A stretch of 62,151 bases of DNA, counting the filler, from Thermodesulfobacteriota bacterium (lineage in GTDB: Bacteria > DASVDK01): assembly GCA_036381125.1 (NCBI GenBank). It is 6 parts of 6 records of this genome, joined end to end, with 100 filler letters (N's around TTAATTAATTAA, not from the genome) between each part and the next. Parts side by side here need not be neighbours in the genome. Positions count along the whole stretch, not along the records: positions 56,572 to 62,151 come from DASVDK010000210.1; 5 more parts are not named here. The stretch is one strand, 5' to 3'. The notes below the pieces were generated by a model that saw only the letters and a program-made list of their open reading frames with translations, was not told where the DNA came from and did no database searches. Below, in pieces: positions 56,572 through 62,151 of the stretch. Made by a program: the position numbers and the translations under genes. Position 1 is the first letter of the stretch; every line of letters starts with the position of its first letter.

Positions 56572-57140
56572 CCCCGCAGGCAGGCGGCGAGGCGGCCGGG
56601 ATCGGGGTCGATGAGGATGGAGCCGTGCTGGAGGACGGCACGGCGACCGCGCCGCTGCGCGCTGCCGGCCACCTTGCGGCCGCCGAGGAGGAGTTCCGCG
56701 CGCGCGGCGGCCGCGAAGCAGGCGGGGTCGGCCCCTGCCGTCGCCCGCCTCGGGGCGACGGCGACGTCCAGGGCGCCGAGCGCGAGGAGGGCGTCGCGCA
56801 AGGCCTCGGCGATCACCTGGTAGGTGCCCGGGACGGTCGGCGGAATCCGGGGGTCGTCGATCGGCAGGACGACCGCGTACGTGAGGTCGCGCTCGTGCAG
56901 GACGGCGCGCCCCCCGGTCGGGCGGCGCACCACGTCGATGCCGAGACGCCGGCAGGCCTCGCGATCGACCTCGTCGTCCGGCTGCCCGTACCCCAGCGAG
57001 AGCGCGGGCGGCTCGAAGGCGTAGAGCCGGAGGGTCGGCGGCGCCTCGCCCGCCTCGACCGCGGCAAGCGTGGCGGCGTCGAGCGCCATGTTCGCGGCGC
57101 CGCTGCGGACCTCGAATCCCAGCCGGCGCCAGCGCTCCAC
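56572..57140 (-). CDS. Lipoate-protein ligase family (LipM/LplA-like), 3' truncated
   Basis: 'NMALD', 'PTLRLY', 'VRRPTGGRAVLH', 'KVAGSAQ', 'LQHGSI'. Confidence 0.9.
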
Positions 57141-57144
57141 GGCC

Positions 57145-58503
<1,359 letters not shown>

Positions 58504-58507
58504 GGAG

Positions 58508-59005
<498 letters not shown>

Positions 59006-59030
59006 ACCCGGCTCTCCTCTCGTCGAGCTG

Positions 59031-59093
59031 GCGGTGCAGAGACTCGACTACGCGATGCAGGAACTCGACTACGCGGTCCGGAGACCCGGCGGC
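59031..59093. repeat. 21-bp tandem repeat, three units, intergenic
   Basis: GCGGTGCAGAGACTCGACTAC / GCGATGCAGGAACTCGACTAC / GCGGTCCGGAGACCCGGCGGC. Confidence 0.7.
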
Positions 59094-59108
59094 GACGCGA
59101 GCCGACCG

Positions 59109-59675
59109 TCACTTGACGCGCTCGATGTAGCTGCCGCTCCGGGTGTCGACCTTCACGACGTCTCCCTCGTTGAGGAAGAGCGGCACCTGGATCACGGCGC
59201 CGGTCTCGAGCGTGGCCGGCTTGCTGCCGCCGGTCGCCGTGTCGCCCCGGACGCCCGGGTCGGTCTTGACGATCCTGAGGTTCACGGTGATCGGCAGGTC
59301 GATGGACAGCGGCTTGCCCTGGTGGAAGACCAGCCGGACGCCGAGGTTCTCCTGGAGCCACTGGGCCGCGTCGCCCACGTGGTCGGCGTCGAGGAAGATC
59401 TGCTCGTAGGTCGACGTGTCCATGAAGCAGAACTGGTCGTCCTGCCGGTAGAGGTACTGCGCCTCGTGCTCGTCCAGGTCCGGCGTGCCGACCGTCTCGC
59501 CCGACCGGAACGTCCGGTCGAGGACCCGGCCGCTCTTGAGGCTCTTCAGCTTGGTCCGCACGAAGGCGCCGCCCTTGCCGGGCTTGACGTGCTGGAAGTC
59601 GACGATGACGAACGGCTCGCCGTCCAGTTCGATCTTGAGCGACTTGCGGAACTCGGCGGTGGACACGCTGGCCAT
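59109..59675 (-). CDS. efp: Elongation factor P
   Basis: 'QHVKPGKGGAFVR', 'PGVRGDT', 'KPATLETG', 'VPLF'. Confidence 0.97.
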   Translation of the reverse strand: MASVSTAEFRKSLKIELDGEPFVIVDFQHVKPGKGGAFVRTKLKSLKSGRVLDRTFRSGETVGTPDLDEHEAQYLYRQDDQFCFMDTSTYEQIFLDADHVGDAAQWLQENLGVRLVFHQGKPLSIDLPITVNLRIVKTDPGVRGDTATGGSKPATLETGAVIQVPLFLNEGDVVKVDTRSGSYIERVK

Positions 59676-59686
59676 GAACGACGCTC

Positions 59687-60787
59687 CTACCCCACGCTCC
59701 GGAGGTCCTTGGGGGTTCGTGTGATCACCTCGGCGCCGGTCTCGGTCACGACGACCATGTCCTCGAGCCGCACGCCGCCCCAGCCCGGCAGGTAGATGCC
59801 CGGCTCCACCGTGATCACCATGCCCGGCTCGAGGACCACCGTGCCCGAGGTGTTGACGCCCGGGGCCTCGTGGACGGCGAGCCCGATGCCGTGGCCCGTT
59901 CCGTGCCCGAAGTTGCGGCCGTAGCCGGCCGCGTCGATGACGCGGCGTGCCGCGGCGTCCACCTCGGACGCCTTGACGCCGGCCCGCACGGCGGCGATGC
60001 CGGCCGCCTGTGCCTCCTTGACGATGCCGAAGATGCGGCGCTGCTCGGCCGACGGCTCCCCGACGACGCCCGTCCAGGTCTCGTCGGAGTTGTAGCCGTT
60101 GTAGCGGGCGCCGTAGTCGATCGTGAGCAACTCGCCCTCCGCCAGCCGCTTCTCGGACGCGCGGCCGTGCGGCAGGGCCGAGCGGACGCCGGAGGCCACG
60201 ATGGTGTCGAACGCCAGGCGCTCGGCCCCCCGCTTGCGCATGGCGAGCTCCAGCTCGAGCGCGAGGTCGATCTCCCGCATGCCGTCCTTCACGAGGGCGA
60301 GCGTGTGGGCGAGCGAGTCGGCCGCGATGGCGGCGGCCCGCCTGAGGAGGTCGAGCTCCTCGGCGTCCTTGCGCATCCGGAGGCCGGCCATCACCTCGGA
60401 CGGCACCGGCTCGAGCGCGACGGCGCCGCCCGCCGCGGTCTTGACCGCGGCGAGCTGGGCACGCAGCGCGTCGGCCGTCTCCACCGACACGGCGGCCGCC
60501 TCGAAGCCGACCCGGGTCACGCCGGCGGCCTTCACGGCGTCGACGATGCCGTCGAGCTTGCGCTTGTAGACGGTGACCGAGACGTCGCGCGTCTCCTGAG
60601 CCGCCTGGGTCTCGTACCGGGAGTCGGTCAGGAAGCGCCCCTCGCCGTCCGCGGAGACGAGGAGCGCGCCGTCGGATCCGGTGAAGCCGGAGAGGTAGCG
60701 CAGGTTCTCGAGCGACGTGACGAGCAGGGCATCGAGCCCGCGAGCCGTCACGAGGCTCGCGGCTCGTGCGAGACGCGAACGCGACAT
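59687..60787 (-). CDS. Xaa-Pro peptidase (M24B)
   Basis: 'YLSGFTGS', 'TDSRY', 'LPHG', 'GHGTGHGIGLAVHE', 'TVEPGIY', 'GVRLED'. Confidence 0.93.
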   Translation of the reverse strand: MSRSRLARAASLVTARGLDALLVTSLENLRYLSGFTGSDGALLVSADGEGRFLTDSRYETQAAQETRDVSVTVYKRKLDGIVDAVKAAGVTRVGFEAAAVSVETADALRAQLAAVKTAAGGAVALEPVPSEVMAGLRMRKDAEELDLLRRAAAIAADSLAHTLALVKDGMREIDLALELELAMRKRGAERLAFDTIVASGVRSALPHGRASEKRLAEGELLTIDYGARYNGYNSDETWTGVVGEPSAEQRRIFGIVKEAQAAGIAAVRAGVKASEVDAAARRVIDAAGYGRNFGHGTGHGIGLAVHEAPGVNTSGTVVLEPGMVITVEPGIYLPGWGGVRLEDMVVVTETGAEVITRTPKDLRSVG

Positions 60788-60795
60788 CGGAATCC

Positions 60796-61245
60796 TTATG
60801 CGGTCAGGGCCGCCGCTGCCCGAAGCGCGAGCCGATAGCTCTCGGCACCGAACCCCGCGACGATCCCGACCGCGACACCGGAGACGTACGACCGCCTCCG
60901 GAACGCCTCGCGGCGGTGGGTGTTGGACAGGTGGCACTCGACGGCCGGAATCCGCACGGCGGCCAGGGCGTCCCGGATGGCCACGCTCGTGTGCGTGTAG
61001 CCCGCCGGGTTGATCACGATGGCCGAGACCGGCGTCGGCCCCGCGGCCGCCTGATGGATCCGGTCGACGATGGCCCCTTCGTGGTTCGACTGGAAGGTCT
61101 CGACCTCGACGCCCAGCTCGCGCCCGAGGGCGTGCAGGCTCGCCTCGATCTCCGCGAGGGTCGTCCGACCGTAGACCTCGGGCTCGCGGCTGCCGAGGAG
61201 GTTGAGGTTGGGGCCGCTGATGACGAGTATCTTGCGCGCCTCCAC
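60796..61245 (-). CDS. aroQ: Type II 3-dehydroquinate dehydratase
   Basis: '[15 protein letters not shown]', 'QSNHEG', '[10 protein letters not shown]', 'HLSN'. Confidence 0.96.
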   Translation of the reverse strand: MEARKILVISGPNLNLLGSREPEVYGRTTLAEIEASLHALGRELGVEVETFQSNHEGAIVDRIHQAAAGPTPVSAIVINPAGYTHTSVAIRDALAAVRIPAVECHLSNTHRREAFRRRSYVSGVAVGIVAGFGAESYRLALRAAAALTA

Positions 61246-61339
61246 CCGGCAGGCCTCCTTCCCGGCCCAAAACGGCGGGAGGATAGCACGCGGTGTCGAC
61301 GATTGACAAGCCGACGGGGCTCGGGGACCCGGCGCCCGC

Positions 61340-61705
61340 TCAGGCCAGCTCCGGCGCCAGCTTGAGCGACGCGAGGCGGAGGTGGAAGCGCCCGCGGCCC
61401 CGGATGGCGCCCGGCCCGAGAGCGAGCGCCACGAAGTAGTCCGGGGTCACGAGCCGCACCAGGAGCGTCCCTCGATCCGTCTGGATGGCCAGCTCCTCGA
61501 CGTCGCCCGTCTCGAGCGACTGCGAGGCCCGGCGCGCGGCGGCGAGCACCGTGGCGTACTCGGCTCCCGCCTGCTGCGGGTCGAGCCCGGTGTCCGGCAC
61601 GTAGGTCTCCACCGGGATGCCGTCGACGCCCATGAGGAGGCTCGCCTGGCTGCCGGGGACCCTCTCGACCAGATCGCGCAGGAGCGCTTCGAACGACGTC
61701 GTCAT
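61340..61705 (-). CDS. Roadblock/LC7 domain protein
   Basis: '[11 protein letters not shown]', 'GDVEELAI', 'GRGRF.LR'; typical position upstream of aroQ. Confidence 0.82.
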   Translation of the reverse strand: MTTSFEALLRDLVERVPGSQASLLMGVDGIPVETYVPDTGLDPQQAGAEYATVLAAARRASQSLETGDVEELAIQTDRGTLLVRLVTPDYFVALALGPGAIRGRGRFHLRLASLKLAPELA

Positions 61706-62151
61706 CGCCGCTTGATGTTCCGAAGCCAGGCTTCGAGGGTCTGGATGTTGCGCCCCGCGCGGGCCGCCGCCGGCCCGACCGCGCCCTCATCGGCCGCGGG
61801 CCCGGCAGGCCTCGGCGCGGGCGCTGCCTGCGGCTTCGGCGGCGTCGGCCTCGCCGGCGCGGCGCTCGCTGCCGGGCGCGCCGGATCGGCCGGCTTCGCG
61901 GTCGCCGCCGGGTTGGGCGCGGCGGCTGGCTTCGCCGCGACCGCCGGCCGTGCAGGCTCCGCCGGCTTCGCGGCGGCCGCGGGCTTCGCGGTGACCGCCG
62001 GCCGTGCAGGCTCCGCCGGCTTCGGCGCCGCCGGCCTTGCCGCCTCCGGTGGCTTCGGCGGCGCGGGCCTGGCCGGGGCAGGCCTCGGCGCGGTCGGCGC
62101 CGGCGTGGGGCTCGCGGCCGCCGGTCTCGGCGCTGCGGCGGGAGCCGGCTT
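61702..62151 (-). CDS. C-terminus of a Pro/Ala-rich protein (5' end outside the window; absent from the ORF track)
   Basis: Open frame of 'AKPAEPARPA'-type repeats ending in [20 protein letters not shown] overlap with the roadblock gene. Confidence 0.7.
   Translation of the reverse strand, partial: KPAPAAAPRPAAASPTPAPTAPRPAPARPAPPKPPEAARPAAPKPAEPARPAVTAKPAAAAKPAEPARPAVAAKPAAAPNPAATAKPADPARPAASAAPARPTPPKPQAAPAPRPAGPAADEGAVGPAAARAGRNIQTLEAWLRNIKRR

Noticed and set aside
61941-62024. About 30-bp direct repeats near the window end
   Set aside because: Explained by the coding Pro/Ala-rich linker repeats of the truncated minus-strand gene

Overview
A very GC-rich bacterial sequence made of six separate contigs joined by artificial 100-bp linkers (N-runs around TTAATTAATTAA at 13169-13268, 20557-20656, 27616-27715, 42872-42971 and 56472-56571), so gene adjacency across these gaps carries no meaning. 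TolC, a sigma-54 promoter, futalosine-pathway mqnA and the gene orders recO-glyQS-ppdK, pgpA-cinA-thpR-recA and roadblock-aroQ-peptidase-efp-accB-accC suggest a diderm, Deltaproteobacteria- or Methylomirabilota-like genome bin (inference). Contig 1: tandem RND and MacAB-type efflux operon, mqnA, a DtxR regulator and a LuxR/hydrolase pair. Contig 2: recO, NIPSNAP, glyQS, ppdK. Contig 3: edge of a defence island (hsdM plus Mrr-like nuclease), MFS, acetolactate synthase, PRC-barrel and SDR genes. Contig 4: secreted EEP nuclease with a HEAT protein, nitroreductase, a candidate sRNA, a REC-Fis regulator, a degenerate VirD4-like protein, cysQ-like and metX genes, a NrfC/NrfD-molybdoenzyme-TorD-TauE operon and an HNH element. 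Contig 5: tsaC, a SufR-like-regulated dihaem cytochrome/cupredoxin module, M20 peptidase, a haem-oxygenase-like diiron protein, PpiD, a GGDEF protein and the recA operon. Contig 6: acc/efp/aroQ housekeeping genes. No rRNA, tRNA or CRISPR array was seen. The best leads are a promoter-to-terminator orphan sRNA near 30.6-30.75 kb, an HNH gene whose 3' palindrome recurs alone at the defence-island edge, the Cu/haem periplasmic module with a palindromic operator, two REP-like repeat families, and pervasive leaderless gene starts.
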